A DNA stretch of 64,000 nucleotides. Source: Scyliorhinus canicula. Its lineage: Eukaryota. Position 1 is the stretch's first letter; every line of letters begins with the position of its first letter. Shown here in pieces: positions 37,435 through 51,457 of this stretch. The stretch is taken from assembly GCF_902713615.1 (NCBI RefSeq), contig NC_052162.1, positions 133,510,653 through 133,574,652 on the forward strand, read 5' to 3'. The notes under the pieces were generated by a model. It worked only from the letters and a program-made list of their open reading frames with translations. It was not told where the DNA came from and made no database searches. The translations under genes and the position numbers were made by a program.

Positions 37435-37910
37435 ACCATGGTTACACTGCTGCCTCACGGCGCCGGGATCCCAGGTTCGGGTCACTGTCTGTGTGCAGTT
37501 TGCACATTCTCCCCGTGTTTGCCTTGGTTTCGGCTCCACAACCCAAAGATGTCCAGGGTAGGTGGATTGGCCACGCTAAATTGCCCCTCAATCGGAAAAA
37601 ATGAATTGGGCACTCTAAATTCATATTTTAAAAAAACATTAGCACTGCAATGAAGTTACTGTGAAAAGCCCCTGGTGGCCACATTCCGGCGCCTGTTCGA
37701 GTACACAGAGGGAGAATTCAGAATGTCCAAATGACTTAATAGCATGTCTTTCGTGACTAGTGGGTTTAAACCAGAGCACCCGGAGGAAACCTATGTAGAC
37801 ACAGGGAGAACATGCAGACTCCGCACAGACAGTGACCCAAGCCAGGAATCGATCTGGGATCCTGGAGCTGTGAAGCAACAGTGTTACCCACTGTGCTACA
37901 GTTACTACCC
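37435..37910. mobile_element. Cluster of SINE fragments in both orientations
   Basis: HE1 core at 37560 (+) and head at 37780-37900 (-). Confidence 0.65.
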
Positions 37911-37950
37911 CTTAAAACATGTTGCTTGGCCAACAGAAAACATTATCAAA

Positions 37951-38040
37951 GGGCTTGTCCGGGATTTGAACCCGGGGCCTCTCGCAAATTTCGAAACCAA
38001 AACACCCGAAGCGAGAATCATACTCCCTGACCAATGAGCC
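37951..38040 (-). tRNA. tRNA-Pro(CGG)-like gene with an 18-nt intron, probably a pseudogene
   Basis: GGCTCATTGGTCAGGGAGTATGATTCTCGCTT-CGG-G-[TGTTTTGGTTTCGAAATT]-TGCGAGAGGCCCCGGGTTCAAATCCCGGACAAGCCC; two acceptor-stem mismatches; TTTT downstream. Confidence 0.85.
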
Positions 38041-38228
38041 CCTCAATGAAGGCAGTCGCCTCCTCTGGAGTCTCAAAATGAAAGTCCTTGGACTCATCTG
38101 CAACTCGTAGCTTTGCTGGGTAAACCACCCCGAATGGAACTCCTTTCTTAGATAGAGCAGCCTGAACCTTATTAAAGGCCGCTTGCTTCCTCACCAGCTC
38201 AGCGCCCACATCCTGGTAAATCCTCACT
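38040..38228 (-). mobile_element. L1-clade ORF1p C-terminal fragment
   Basis: RIYQDVGAELVRKQAAFNKV...GVVYPAKLRV...FETPEEA. Confidence 0.65.
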
Positions 38229-38229
38229 A

Positions 38230-38420
38230 GGATAACTGAGTGAATCCCTTCCCACACTTAGAACAGGTGACTGGTCTGTCGCAGGTGTGACGATGGTGAT
38301 GATTTTCCAGCTCACATGGAGATCTGAATCCCTTCCCACAGTCCCCACATTTCCATGGTTTCAGCATGCTGCTGGTGTCCTTGCCCCTCTCTACGTTTGA
38401 CGATCAGTTGAACTCAAGTG
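38230..38420 (-). pseudogene. C2H2 zinc-finger fragment, antisense
   Basis: Reverse complement of [12 protein letters not shown] / PVTCSKCGKGFTQ-like sequence. Confidence 0.6.
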
Positions 38421-38459
38421 TGTGTGTTTCGGGTCTTTTTTCAGTAACGCTGATCTTTT

Positions 38460-39045
38460 AAAAAAAATAAATTTAGAGTATCCATTTTTTTTTCCAATTA
38501 AGGGGCAATTTAGCATGTCCAATCCACCTCGCCTGCACATCTTTGGGTTGTGGGGTTGAAACCCACGCAAACACGGGAGAATGTGCAAACTCCACACGGA
38601 CAGTGACCCGGGGCCGAGATCGAACCTGGGACCTCAACACCATGAGGCAGCAGTGCCAGTCACACTGATCTTGAAAATCCTTTCTCACAGACAGAGCAAA
38701 CATTTCTTCGTCTACATTCACAGGCCAATGGTATTCACATCCTGATGAATGGAGTGACTCTGTTAAATCTTGCTTTGAAGTTTGATTTGAGTTTCCATCT
38801 GCAAATCCCCTCCTTGTAATATCCTGTACGAGGAGTTTATAAAAGTTCTGTCGGGCGGCAGGCACAGTGGCTCAGTGGTTTTCCGAGGACCCAGGTTTGA
38901 TCCCGGCCCCGGGTCACTGTCCGTATGGACTTTGCACATTCTCCCCTTGTCAGCATAGGTTTCAACCCCACAATCCAAAAAGATGTGCCGGATAAAATTA
39001 CCGCTTAATTGGGACAAAATATAATTTTGTACTCTATATTTAATA
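38460..39045. mobile_element. Two HE1-type SINEs (38460-38660 minus; about 38857-39045 plus)
   Basis: Core and head motifs. Confidence 0.65.
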
Positions 39046-39393
39046 AAAAAACAATATTCAGCACTCAGTCCAGGATAGAAATTCTGAACAGCCAATTCTA
39101 GTTTCTCTGGAACATTTTTCCGTCTCTTGTTCCCCCAAAGCTGTAAATCCCCGTCCCACACACTCTCCCTCCTCCCTCGGCTGAAATCCAAACCCATCTC
39201 ACCATCTGCACCATTTCTTTCCTCCACTCTCAGTTTTCTCCCTCCCTCTCCTCTGCCTGGGTTCAGTTCTCCAGCTCCTGTCTGCAGACTGACAATAAAA
39301 TCAATGGGTCTTATTGGGGGTTTGGGGCCTCCAGCGGGTGTTTGTAAATGCTCCCTGTCCACCTGCCAGGGTTTCCTTCCTCCCCAGATATCA

Positions 39394-39887
39394 GGGCCAC
39401 GATTCTCTGGTCTGGCGTCGGAATGTAGGCGCCGACGCCAAAACAGGAGTACTTTACTCGGGCGCCGGTTCCGAGACCCAATTCTCGGGTCCTGGGGGGG
39501 AGGGGGAGGGGGGGGGGGGGGGGGCAGCACGGCGCTGGAGTGGCCCATGCCGCTCCAGCTGCCGCTCCCGGATGGACCCCCCCCATCCATCCCTCAACAG
39601 GCCGCATCCGGACCGTTAAACCCCGAGGTCCCACCGGGCCCAGAGCATGTTAGAACGGCGCCGGCGGGACTAGGATTTTTTCAGACGGCCGCTCAGCTCA
39701 TTCGGGCCGGAGAAACGCGGCGCCGGAAGATCGCCACTATGGCTGCGGCAATTCGCCATGCGGCCCAGCACCATGCGTGCCTGCCTGTTTTTTCACGGGT
39801 GGGAGAATGGCGTTGGGGTGGCGTGGCGCGATTCGCACGGTCCCCTGCCGATTCTCCGCCCAGCAGGGGGTCGAATAATCGCGACCC
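39394..39887. mobile_element. GC-rich non-autonomous element with short imperfect terminal inverted repeats
   Basis: GGGCCACGATTCTC ... AATAATCGCGACCC; sharp GC boundary. Confidence 0.45.
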
Positions 39888-41149
39888 AGAGTCCTCTGAT
39901 GATTTGAGCCCAACCTGGAACCACGTTACATTTCCATAAAATGGGAAATAAAATTATGTGAAATTTCGTGGCTCCACAAAGTGTTTCCAGCTCCTGCCTC
40001 CCACCCCGTTAACAGGTGGATGCAATTATTGTTCTGACTGAAAGGGTGGTCTCTGGGAGCATGGTGGTGCAGTGATTAGCACGGCTGCCTCATGGCGCTG
40101 AGGATCCGGATTCGATCCTTGCCCCGGGTCACTATCCATGTGGAGTTTACACATTCTCCCCATCTCTGCGTGTGTCTCATCTTCCCAACCCAGTGATGTG
40201 CAGGGTAGGTGGTTTGGACAAGCTAATTTTGCACCTTAATTGGAAAACAAAAGTTGGTTACTCACTCCAAATTTATTTTAAAAAAGGATTGTCTCTTTCC
40301 TAATGTTCACAATTAAAGGTGTGGGTACCCCAGGAGAGGGCTACATTTCAGGGGACAGTAAATGGACAGAGATACGTCTCGTGTTCGTATATGGTACAGA
40401 TTAGATGTATTACTTACAGTTCTGTAATAAAATTCATCATTATTTCTTGCCTTGTAATACAAGACTAGCTACGTTATAGATTTCCAGCTATCTCTTCCCT
40501 CAGAGGTTGTTAGTCTTTGGATTTCTCTTCCACAGGGACCAGTTGTATCTGGGGGTCATTGAATATATTGAAGCACAAGTTTGACAGATATTTTATTGAC
40601 AACGGAGTTAAGGGTTATGGGGAACAGGTAGGAAAATAGAGAGAAAGCTGAGATGAGGAGGGATTTCTTCACTCGAGGATGTGGTGAAGCTTTGAAATTC
40701 TCTACCTCAGAGGAATGTGGAGCCTCAGTCATCAGGTATGTTCAAGACAAATATTGATAGGTTTCTAGATATTGAAGATATCGAGGGATATGGGGATCGT
40801 GTGGGAAATCGGTGCTGAGGTAGATCGGCCAAGGATCACATTGAATGGTTGAGCAGACTCAGTGGGCCGAATGGCCTACTCTTGATCCTATTCTAATCTC
40901 TGTGTCCTGGTCAGGAAGCAGTGAGCTGAGCTTGGATCTGTCAATCAACATGAATCAGCCCTTCAGGAGAATTGGGTGAGTGAATGTTACATTCAGCAGA
41001 GTGAGAATGGAGGGAGTGTGTGGGATGGAGATTTACAGCTTTTGGAGAACGAGAGAGCAAATTATGTTCCATAAGAACTAGAAATGTCTATTCTGAATTC
41101 CTATCCTGTAATAACAGTGGTGATTTTTGTAAATAGTTTTCAAAGGATA

Positions 41150-42291
<1,142 letters not shown>

Positions 42292-43669
42292 TGAATTTCT
42301 ATCCTAAACTGACAGTGAGGTTTCTGTAAATTTACAGGATACTGGAAGAGGAGGTTTAACAGACGGGAAACGCAAACCAAACGTCACATCGCAATCTGAC
42401 AGAGTCACTCGATTCATCAGAACCTGAATTTCAGCAGCATCTGGGTGTGGAAGGTAAAAGGTTTGTCTGTTCTGTCTGTGAGGGAAGATTTCAGGTCTCA
42501 GTGTGACTGGAAAAGCCCCGAGATTCACAAACCCTAGTTCGGCCAAACCAGGAGACCTGTGTTCAGTTCTGGGCAACAAACCTGAGGAAGGATAGAATGG
42601 CCTCGGAGGGAGTGTAGCACAGATTTACCTGAGTGATATCTGAGCCCTCCGGGGTTAAATTACAAAACTAGATTACACAAAGGAGTCAGAGACATGATGA
42701 CACAGAGAATGGCATTCGGCCCAATGAGTCAATGAGTCTCCAGCTCAGATGGTGCTCTAAATCCCCTCCCGCATTCCCCACATTTCCATTGCTCTCTGGA
42801 GCAATCCAGTCAGTGCCATTCTCCTGCTCTATCCCTGTATCCTCACAGGTTTATTTCCCTCAGATCTCTATCTAATTTCCTTTTGAAATCAAATGAATCG
42901 TATCTATTTTCAAACTCCCACATAGGCAGCAAGTTTCAGGTCATTGCCACTTGCTGTGTTTAAACATATATCTCATATCATCTCATATCTCCTGTACCTT
43001 TTACATACAAACTAGGAACAGGCCACTTGGCCCCTCGAGCCCACTCAGCATTCAATAAGATTGTGGCTGATCTCATTCTAACCTCAACTCCACATTCCTG
43101 CCTACCCCTGATGACCTTTCACCCCCTTGCTTATCAAGAATCTATCCAGCTCTGCGTTAAAATATTCAAGGACTCTGCTTCCACTCCCTTTTAAGGACGT
43201 GATTTCCAAAGTCTTTCAACCCTCAAGAGAATAAAAAATTCCTCATCTCCATCTAAAATTGGCGACTTTTCACAGTAACTTCATTGAAGCCTACCTGTGA
43301 CAATAAGCAATTATTATTATTATTATTATGACTCCTTATTTTGCAACAATGATGCCCTCGTTCTAGATTCTCCCACAAGAGGAAACATCTTCTCCACATC
43401 CACCCTGTCAAGACCCCTCAGGGTCTTATATCGTTCAATCCAGGCTTTACCCAAAACTTTAAATCTGTGTCGCGGCTGCTTGTACGATCAGTGAATGGAA
43501 ACAGAGTTTCTTTGTCCACCCAATAGAAATCTGGCATAATCTTGTGGACCTGAATCAAATCTCCCCTCAACCTCCTTTGCTGGAACCATTCTGGTAAATC
43601 TGCTCTGCACCTTCTCCAAGAACCTTCACATCCTTCCTGAAGAGTGGTGACCAGAGATTTATGAAGATT

Positions 43670-44400
43670 CATGGAATAGAATTAGTACCATAGAGGTCTT
43701 TCGGCCCATCAAGTCTGCACCGACTTCTGGACGGGCACCCTGTCTAGGCCCACACCCCTATCCTGTCCCTGTAACCCCATAGCCCCACCTAACCTGCACA
43801 TCCCTGGACACTAATGGGCAATTTATCAAGGCCAATCCACCTAGCTTTCCCTTCTTTGGACTGTGGGAGGAAAACTGAGCACCGGGTGGAAACCCACGCA
43901 GACAGGGGGAGAAAGTAAATGCAACATGGTAGCACGGGTAGGGCAGCACGGTAGCATGGTGGTTAGCATAAATGCTTCACAGCTCCAGGGTCCCAGGTTC
44001 AATTCCCTGTCTGTGCGGAGTCTGCACGTCCTCCCCATGTGTGCGTGGGTTTCCCCCGGGTGCTCCGGTTTCCTCCCACAGTTCAAAGATGTGCGGGTTA
44101 GGTGGATTGGCCATGCTAAATTGCCCTTAGTGTCCTAAAAAATAAGGTTAATGGGGAGGGGGAGGGGGGGGAGGGTTGTTGGGTTACTGGTATAGGGTGG
44201 ATATGTTGGCTTGAGTGGGGTGATCATTTCTCGGCACAACATCAAGGGCCGAAGGGCCTGTTCTGTGCTGTACTGTTCTATGTTCTAAAGTGCAAACTCC
44301 ACACAGACTGTCACCAAGGCCGGAATTGAACCCAAGTCCCTGGCGCTGTGAGGCAGCAGTGCTAACCACTGTGCCACCAGAAGCATAGTTTCTGTATCAA
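43670..44400. mobile_element. Nested SINEs: a plus copy (about 43940-44288) inserted in a minus copy
   Basis: The minus copy breaks at about 43920 and resumes at GTGCAAACTCCACACAGAC (44290). Confidence 0.75.
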
Positions 44401-44858
44401 CATTACTGTTTATGAAGCTGAAGATCGAATTTGCTTTGCCAACTACTCTCTTAATATGTCTTGTAGACATACAAAATCGCTCTTCACCTCTTTCTCTCTC
44501 CTCCCAAAGAGGCCAGTTGGGTTTTGATGACAATCCAGCAGTTTTCATGGTCACATTTTCTTTGATTCAGATTAGTTTCAGATTCCAGCATCCGCAGTAA
44601 CTTGCATTTATCCAGCATTTTCTCTTTCAGTTTTTCTTAGTGTTGGCCCCACAAATGACCAGATTCATTCAGCTCAATTTCACAATCTGCCTTTGTGATT
44701 TTGTGGGTTCTCACTCAATCCCTATTTTCTGTTTTAAATCAGTTTCACAGGGTGTTCGAAGGGGAGGCTTCAAAGTCCGGAAACTCAAACCAAGCATCAC
44801 ATCAGGATCTGACAGAGCCCTCAATTTATCATATCCTGAATATCAGCGGATTTTGAAC

Positions 44859-45872
44859 ATGGAAGGAAAAAGCATCGTTCACAGTGGGGAGAAACCGTAC
44901 ATGTGTTGTGTGTGTGGACGAGGATTTGCTCGAGCATCAGGCCTCACTAACCACAAATGCAGTCACACTGAGGAGAAACCATGGAAATGTGCGGACTGTG
45001 CGAAAGGATTCAATTCCCCATCCAAGTTGGAAACTCATCGACGCAGTCACACTGGGGAGAGACCATTCACCTGCTCCAAGTGCGGGAAGAGATTCACTCA
45101 GTTATCCACTCTGTCCACACACCAGCGAGTTCACACTGGGGAGAGACCATTCACCTGCTCAGAGTGCGGGAAGGGATTTTCTTTTTCAACCCACCTGCTG
45201 AGTCATCAGCGAATTCACACTGATGAGAGACCGTTTCAATGTCCAGACTGCGTGAAGTGCTATAAACGTTCTGGGGAACTGATTCGTCATCAACGTGTTC
45301 ACACAGACGAGAGACCGTTTCGGTGTTCTCACTGCGGGAATAGGTTCAGACAATCATCTGACCTCACTGTACATTGGCGAAGTCACACTGGGGAGAGGCC
45401 ATTCACCTGCGCCAAGTGTGGGAAGAGATTCACTCGATCATCTGACCTGCAGAGGCACCAGCGAATTCACACTGGGGAGAGGCCATTCGCCTGCTCCAAG
45501 TGTGGGAAACGATTCACCCAGTCATCCGACCTGTTGAGTCACCAGCGGGTTCACACTGATGAGAGACCGTTTCAATGTCCAGACTGCGGGAAGTGCTATA
45601 AAAGTTGTAAGGAACTGATGTACCATAAACGTGTTCACACTGACGAGAGACCGTTTGGTGCTCTCACTGCGGGAATTGGTTCAGACAATCATGTAACCTC
45701 ACTGTACATCAGCGGATTCACATTGGGGAGAGGCCATTCACCTGCTCCTGGTGTGGGAAGGGATTTACTGTGTCATCAGCCCTGCAAAAGCACCAGCAAA
45801 TTCACACTGGAGAGAGACCGTTCACCTGCTCCCAGTGTGGGAAGGGTTTCGCCTCTTCATCCAACCTGCTGA
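44859..45872 (+). CDS. Tandem C2H2 zinc-finger gene (9 fingers in frame; a 1-nt deletion near 45657 shifts out 3 more)
   Basis: Acceptor TTTCACAG at 44750, ATG 44859, canonical HTGERPF linkers. Confidence 0.75.
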   Translation: MEGKSIVHSGEKPYMCCVCGRGFARASGLTNHKCSHTEEKPWKCADCAKGFNSPSKLETHRRSHTGERPFTCSKCGKRFTQLSTLSTHQRVHTGERPFTCSECGKGFSFSTHLLSHQRIHTDERPFQCPDCVKCYKRSGELIRHQRVHTDERPFRCSHCGNRFRQSSDLTVHWRSHTGERPFTCAKCGKRFTRSSDLQRHQRIHTGERPFACSKCGKRFTQSSDLLSHQRVHTDERPFQCPDCGKCYKSCKELMYHKRVHTDERPFGALTAGIGSDNHVTSLYISGFTLGRGHSPAPGVGRDLLCHQPCKSTSKFTLERDRSPAPSVGRVSPLHPTC

Positions 45873-46899
45873 CACACCAACAAGGCCACAAGTAACCACA
45901 GTGATTGGGTTTTGCTGTTCCTCACATTCAGGACTGAACCACGTTCATTTGGGTCTCTTTCTGCTGATAACAAACTCCAGCCCATTTACAGGGGCTAATA
46001 TTCTGGCTAAAAGTCAAATAAATTAGATTTGTGTGAAATGCACAGTGTGTTGAAACTTTTTAATATCTCTGACACAAGTTAGTTCCTTTTGAAGTTCTCT
46101 CGCTCTCCCCTGTCTCTTCCATCCCCACCTCCAACAGGAAGTGTGAGGAGCTTGTGGAGCTTCTTTGTGACTGAGATTGAATAAATCCGATCAGCTGCCT
46201 CTGCTGCTTCCCTCCCTTCCGCGAGCCCACCGGACCAAACTGTCTCTAAATTTCATCCTTGCCCGAGCCCTGAATCCACATCTTTCTCTAGTTTCTCTCC
46301 CATCTCCCCTCATGCCCTCTCAGAGCTCATCTTGTCCATTATCGAGGGCAACAATACCTGACAGACAACTAAACAACATGAATCACAACACCAAGCTACT
46401 GGATCCATATACCCGAGACAGGAAGGAGCATTGGAGACGGACTGGAAGAACATAAAGACTCCAGACACATTATCCGAAAACAACAAAGTACAACAGATAG
46501 AACCAAGGAAGTTTTGTCTGCTCCCTAAAACACCCAAAAACATAGACTGTACCAGGGAAATACCCACAGAGAGACCCATCAGATCAGACTGTGAGAGCAA
46601 AAGTCCGACAGAATCATAGAATTTACAGGCCTATCAAGCCTGCCTGGCCCTTGGAAAGAGCACCCTACTTCAGTCCGTGCCTCCACCCTATCCCTGTAAC
46701 CCAGTAACCCCACCTAACCTTTTTTTTGGACATTAAGGGGCAATTTAGCACAGCCAATCCACCAAACCTATACGTCTTTGGATGGTGGGAGAAAACTGGA
46801 ACACAACGGAGGGAACCCACACAAACTCAGTGTGCAAACTACACTCTGAATTGAACACAGGTGCCAAATACAAAATGCTGCCAAGAGTCGATCCAGTTC

Positions 46900-47230
46900 T
46901 CCAAACATTCTCATTGGTCAACACCTCTCAGGCAGAAAATGAGGTTGTGGAAACCGCGCACACGTGGCCAATGGGAAGAACTCAAAATGATGCAGAGTCT
47001 CAGCCAATGATGGAGATCCAGGATCAGCCCCGCCCCTCATTCACTCCGATTGGTTGGACAACCAGACGCTCCCACTCGTTTCTCCAGTCCCGCCCCCTCT
47101 TCCTTTTGGCCCAGAGCTGCCGTCAATCACTCCCGGGCATTGTGATCCGGAGCAAGCGCAGTGTGGCTGCTGGACATGGATTTCAGCCCTTATTTGTCCC
47201 GGAGAAGCGGAGTCAGCGTCAGGCGGTGGG
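46900..47230. promoter_or_regulatory. CpG-rich promoter-like region upstream of the disrupted ZNF gene
   Basis: Several CCAAT/ATTGG and CCCGCCCC motifs. Confidence 0.5.
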
Positions 47231-47780
47231 TGGGAGGATTTGGAAACACTTTGTGGGTCCACAAACCCTTCACCATCATTGTCAGCTCCCTGGTTTGCAG
47301 CTGCGGAGCTTCTCTCTCCCTCCCGGGAACAGGCCCAGGTTAACGGGCACCATCCTGCTTCACACACTGGAGGGTGGTTCACATCACAGGATGGGGGAGG
47401 GGGGATAATAAATAAGAGCTTGGGGGAGGTGGGGGGGCTTGATTCACAAACATCAGCTGGAGGTCCCAAACTCCCAATCAGAACCTGCAGATCCCAGGTC
47501 TCCAGCTCTGGGGGATTGGTGGCTTCAGGTGCAGCCATCTTGGTGAAGGAACATAGTGTGGGCGGGGCTTCAGGGTCCCAGTGACCAGGAGGAACAATTA
47601 TTGATTAATTGATTTGATTCTCACTTTTCATAAAGTGGTTTGAGAACTGAACCCAGTCAGAGGGGAGGGAGGGGGTAAACTGGAAGGAAAGGCATTGTGA
47701 AGGTGGTGTGCAGGGTTTGCCAGGCTGACCAACTCTCATGGTGAAAATTAAGGCACAGCCTGCACTGAAAGGCTGGCGTT

Positions 47781-48226
47781 CTGCCAGAGCTGGGACCAGG
47801 CCGCCTGGGGTAAGTCTCTGCCAGAGCTGGGACCAGGCCGCCTGGGGTAAGTCTCTGCCAGAGCTGGGACCAGGCCGCCTGGGGTAAGTCTCTGCCAGAG
47901 CTGGGACCAGGCTGCCTGGGGTCAGTCTCTGCCAGAGCTGGGACCAGGCCGCCTGGGATAAGTCTCTGCCAGAGCTGGGACCAGGCCGCCTGGGGTAAGT
48001 CTCTGCCAGAGCTGGGACCAGGCCGCCTGGGGTAAGTCTCTGCCAGAGCTGGGACCAGGCCGCCTGGGGTAAGTCTCTGCCAGAGCTGGGACCAGGCCGC
48101 CTGTGGTAAGTCTCTGCCAGAGCTGGGACCAGGCCGCCTGGGGTAAGTCTCTGCCAGAGCTGGGACCAGGCCGCCTGGGGTAAGTCTCTGCCAGAGCTGG
48201 GACCAGGCCGCCTGGGGTAAGTATCT
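47781..48226 (+). repeat. 37-bp tandem repeat x12
   Basis: CTGCCAGAGCTGGGACCAGGCCGCCTGGGGTAAGTCT. Confidence 0.93.
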
Positions 48227-48589
48227 GTGTTTCTGGAACACAGAAACAGTAAGGCACATGATTCTGTGCATTGAGAAAGGTCCAATATATGTGACGGATA
48301 ATATCCAGGCAGCATGCAGCCTGGGACAGAGAATACAAATACAATCGTATAAAATATGTGACTGTTAGTCACTGTGGTATTTGCATCCAGCCCCGGGAGG
48401 CAAGAGAGTGCTTGGGATTAGGATTTACTGCTTTACAGGTACAAATGTGGAAAATATGTTTAATGGAAAATAGAATTGTACATTCAGAATTTCTCTCCTC
48501 TATTTAAAGTTTTGTAAACTCCTTTTCCAGAGCATGAGAATGGTGGATTTACGAACAGGAAGCTCAAACTGAACATCCCAGCATTATCT

Positions 48590-49026
48590 TGTGGATTCCT
48601 GGTTAATTTGCTGTCAGTCTAGATTCAATAAAATCTGAGATGGATTTGCAGGTATCATATAATTTAATAATAACTAACTTGCAAGGCTGACTCAATCCAT
48701 AGGACCTCAGGACACACATACTGTCTTCTGAGAGCCCAGAATAAAGAGAGACAGAATACAAAGAAACTTCTGCTGATATATTCAAAATCACAGTAAGATT
48801 CACATATAAGCTTCCCATTGGTCATTCTATACACCTCCTGACCTGGCCCTATATCCTAATTGGTCACTTTGCATTGTAACCCCAGCATCTTTTTCACCAT
48901 GCCCACCACGAGGTTCCCATCCCCCGCGAGCCATGAAACTTCTGCTTTCCTTTGTTCTGTCTGTGAACACAGTGCCCTCAGGGTCCTAGTGCCTAATTTT
49001 ATCACATTCATTTATTCATTTCCTCA
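48590..49026 (-). repeat. 3' LTR
   Basis: Direct repeat of 55742-56178 with 4 differences by manual comparison; two CCAAT boxes and a TATA-like TTATAT on the minus strand. Confidence 0.95.
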
Positions 49027-49038
49027 TTCCATCCTTTT
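49027..49038 (-). other. Polypurine tract
   Basis: Minus strand AAAAGGATGGAA abutting the 3' LTR. Confidence 0.8.
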
Positions 49039-49118
49039 ATCATTTCATGATAAACTATCGGTCCAAGCCGCAGTCACGGCCCCTCATCTAGGAAAACTTG
49101 TTGCTGCATTTCTAAATC

Positions 49119-50799
49119 CTACTGCAGCACCTCATCGGCCGCTGCATGCTCGTGGATCCGAACAGTCAAGACTCTGGCGGCGGGTATCTGTTCCACGGTA
49201 CCCTGCATTTTACCCATCACGCATTTAAGGATGATCGTGCCCACAAAGATGCAGGCGAGATAGTCAAGAGCATAACGGTTCTGCATGACAAACAACCTGA
49301 GTTGAGATAATTCCCTGGTTATTGCCCCGAGGGCCCCTAAGGTCTCGTTTCCCAGGATAAGGCCGCAAATAAAATACTTCCTATCGTTGACCGCCAAGGA
49401 ACCCCCCATACCCCCCAGTGTCTAGGCGCTCAGAATTCCCCATCCGGCTGAGTGGCCCCGGTTGGGTGCTGGAACCTGAGGTTTCTTCCAACCTTCGCAG
49501 AATTCGGCTGAGACTGACCGTTGCGCCAATTTATGGTGCAGTATCCACTCAGTGGGGCAGGGGACTGTGGTGGGGACTAGAGTCCCGATAGCAATTTGGC
49601 GGGGAAATGGGAGTGACGAAACATTGGTCGCTGTACCATTAAAGAAAAAGTAGTATCCTTGCTCCGTGTACCGGCTGGCATCACAATCAGTATATTGATT
49701 GAGCAGGGAACCCCCAGTAGCCCATTTCATCCAGCTTCGGAACGCCCATTCGGGCCTCATAGCAATGCGGAACGCCCTAGACTCAACAGTGATATGAGAG
49801 ACATTCGCCCAGCCACAAAGGAGCTGGATGCCTGGCGTCAACGGGGCACAAGTGGCATTGTAACAGGCACATTGACCTGATGTCAGGGTTATGCAACACT
49901 TTGGATCAGTACAAGTGGAGGACAGACATGTTATATTCATTTTCATCTCTACCAGCAAACAGCCGTACCCCTCATTGCTGAAACAATTCTCATATGACCG
50001 GGAATCTCTATTGGGAGTGAAGGGGCTAGGTATATATGCCCTCCACCGTTGAAGCTTATCCTAGTGAGAGTGGGAATTATCCCCAGGAAGGGGAAGGCGA
50101 ATAGCCGGTGGGCCGAACCTGGATCGGAAGGAAGAGTAACTTGCGCGGGCGGTGGCTCGGAACTCTGACAATGAACCACAGTTTGGGGAGTGCCCCAAAG
50201 TGGTGAAACAGAAAATAACCTAGACACCGATGTGGGGTTTGGGTAGCAGACAACCCTCCCCTGGCCATACAAGCGGTGGTAAATCTAGAAGAGATTCATA
50301 CCGTCCAGGTTTCCCTCATTCCGGATCCTAAATAAATTAAGTACATCTCCTGATAATCTACATCTGGTTGTACCTCCCCTCTTACACAGCCCTTCCTCTG
50401 TCTAGTCCCTCTTTCTCTCTCACAACCTCTTCCTACCCCCTCCTCATAGTCTGATTTTACCTGTAAGGCATCAAGGTTAACACATCCAAAATCAAATTTA
50501 CATATGCTCCAAAAACAAGGCAATGTCCATGCAGTCTTCCCTTCCCATCGTTGGGACCGGTGCAATTGCGTCATAAGTCCTGCATGGTCCGTTAACCGGA
50601 TGACCTTCCATGAGTCGATACCACGTCCTCGTATATGGGGGCAGCGAAGAACGTCATCTTTGCAGAGGTGGAATGTCCGGGTACTTCGGCTGGGGTTACA
50701 GATGTAGATGATATTCCCCTGTTCCATTACCGCCGCCGATGTCACTCTAAGCGAGGCGTTGCCGAAGATCACACAGGCGGCGTGTAGCCACCCCATCAT
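49119..50799 (-). pseudogene. env: Degraded retroviral env (SU/TM)
   Basis: Broken ORFs; ISD-like LSQLRLFVMQNRYALDYLA; GYYFFF...IAIGTLVP SU motif; the usual CX6CC after the ISD is not seen. Confidence 0.8.
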
Positions 50800-50802
50800 G
50801 CT

Positions 50803-51457
50803 TCACACCTGTAAAATAGCGCTGGGGAAGGGAGGCAGGTTAGTGACCGACCTTTTACAGTGGTGGAGGTGGACCCAAACACTCCACCCCTCCACTTTAA
50901 CTGCAGTGGGGGTGGTAAGGAGAACTTGGAAAGGCCCCTCCCATCGTGGCTCTAACCCTTTCCGAGTCCAATTTTTGACCATGACATAACGACCAGGCTG
51001 CACTGAGAGCGAGCTATGTGATAGGGACGGTGACGAGCTGCGCGGACCTGGCCATGGAGCTCCTTGAGGGCGTTAGTGAGGGCTAGAACATAGTTAGTCC
51101 TTTCTTTAGTCAGATGGTGAAACTGGACCAATCTGGGAACAGGCAGGTTCCCGGGAGTTCTAATGGGCCTGCCGGAAAAGACTCGGCAGGAGAGAGCCAG
51201 GCCGATCCTGCAGGCGTGACCTACAGCTGAATGAGGACACCGGAGAGCAACTTAAGCCCCGTGTCCGCTCTTAATTTAGCCAATTTAGTTTTGAGGGTTT
51301 GATTATGTCTCTCAACCAACCCGGCTGACTGCGGTCTGTCCACACAGTCTAACTGCTGGCATATCCCCAACTGGGAGCAGAACTCCTTGTTAATCTGTCC
51401 AATAAAATGAGGCCCGTTAACAGAACTTAACTGAGCCGTTATTCCGTACATAAACAC
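50803..51457 (-). pseudogene. pol: Partial integrase (core and C-terminus)
   Basis: LSSVNGPHF (degenerate SDNG), PQSAGLVERHNQTLK, LEPRWEGPFQVLLTTPTAVKVEG...WVH. Confidence 0.85.

Noticed and set aside
38763-39939. 270-275-aa GC-rich ORFs on both strands
   Set aside because: They span ZNF-flank, poly-G and MITE-like sequence; no recognisable domain.
48210-48228. Minus-strand ATACTTACC resembling the U1 snRNA 5' end
   Set aside because: Only the complement of a splice-donor motif; the rest of U1 is absent.
47605-48372. Repetitive minus-strand ORFs (PGGLVPALAET)n
   Set aside because: Translation of the 37-bp tandem repeat.
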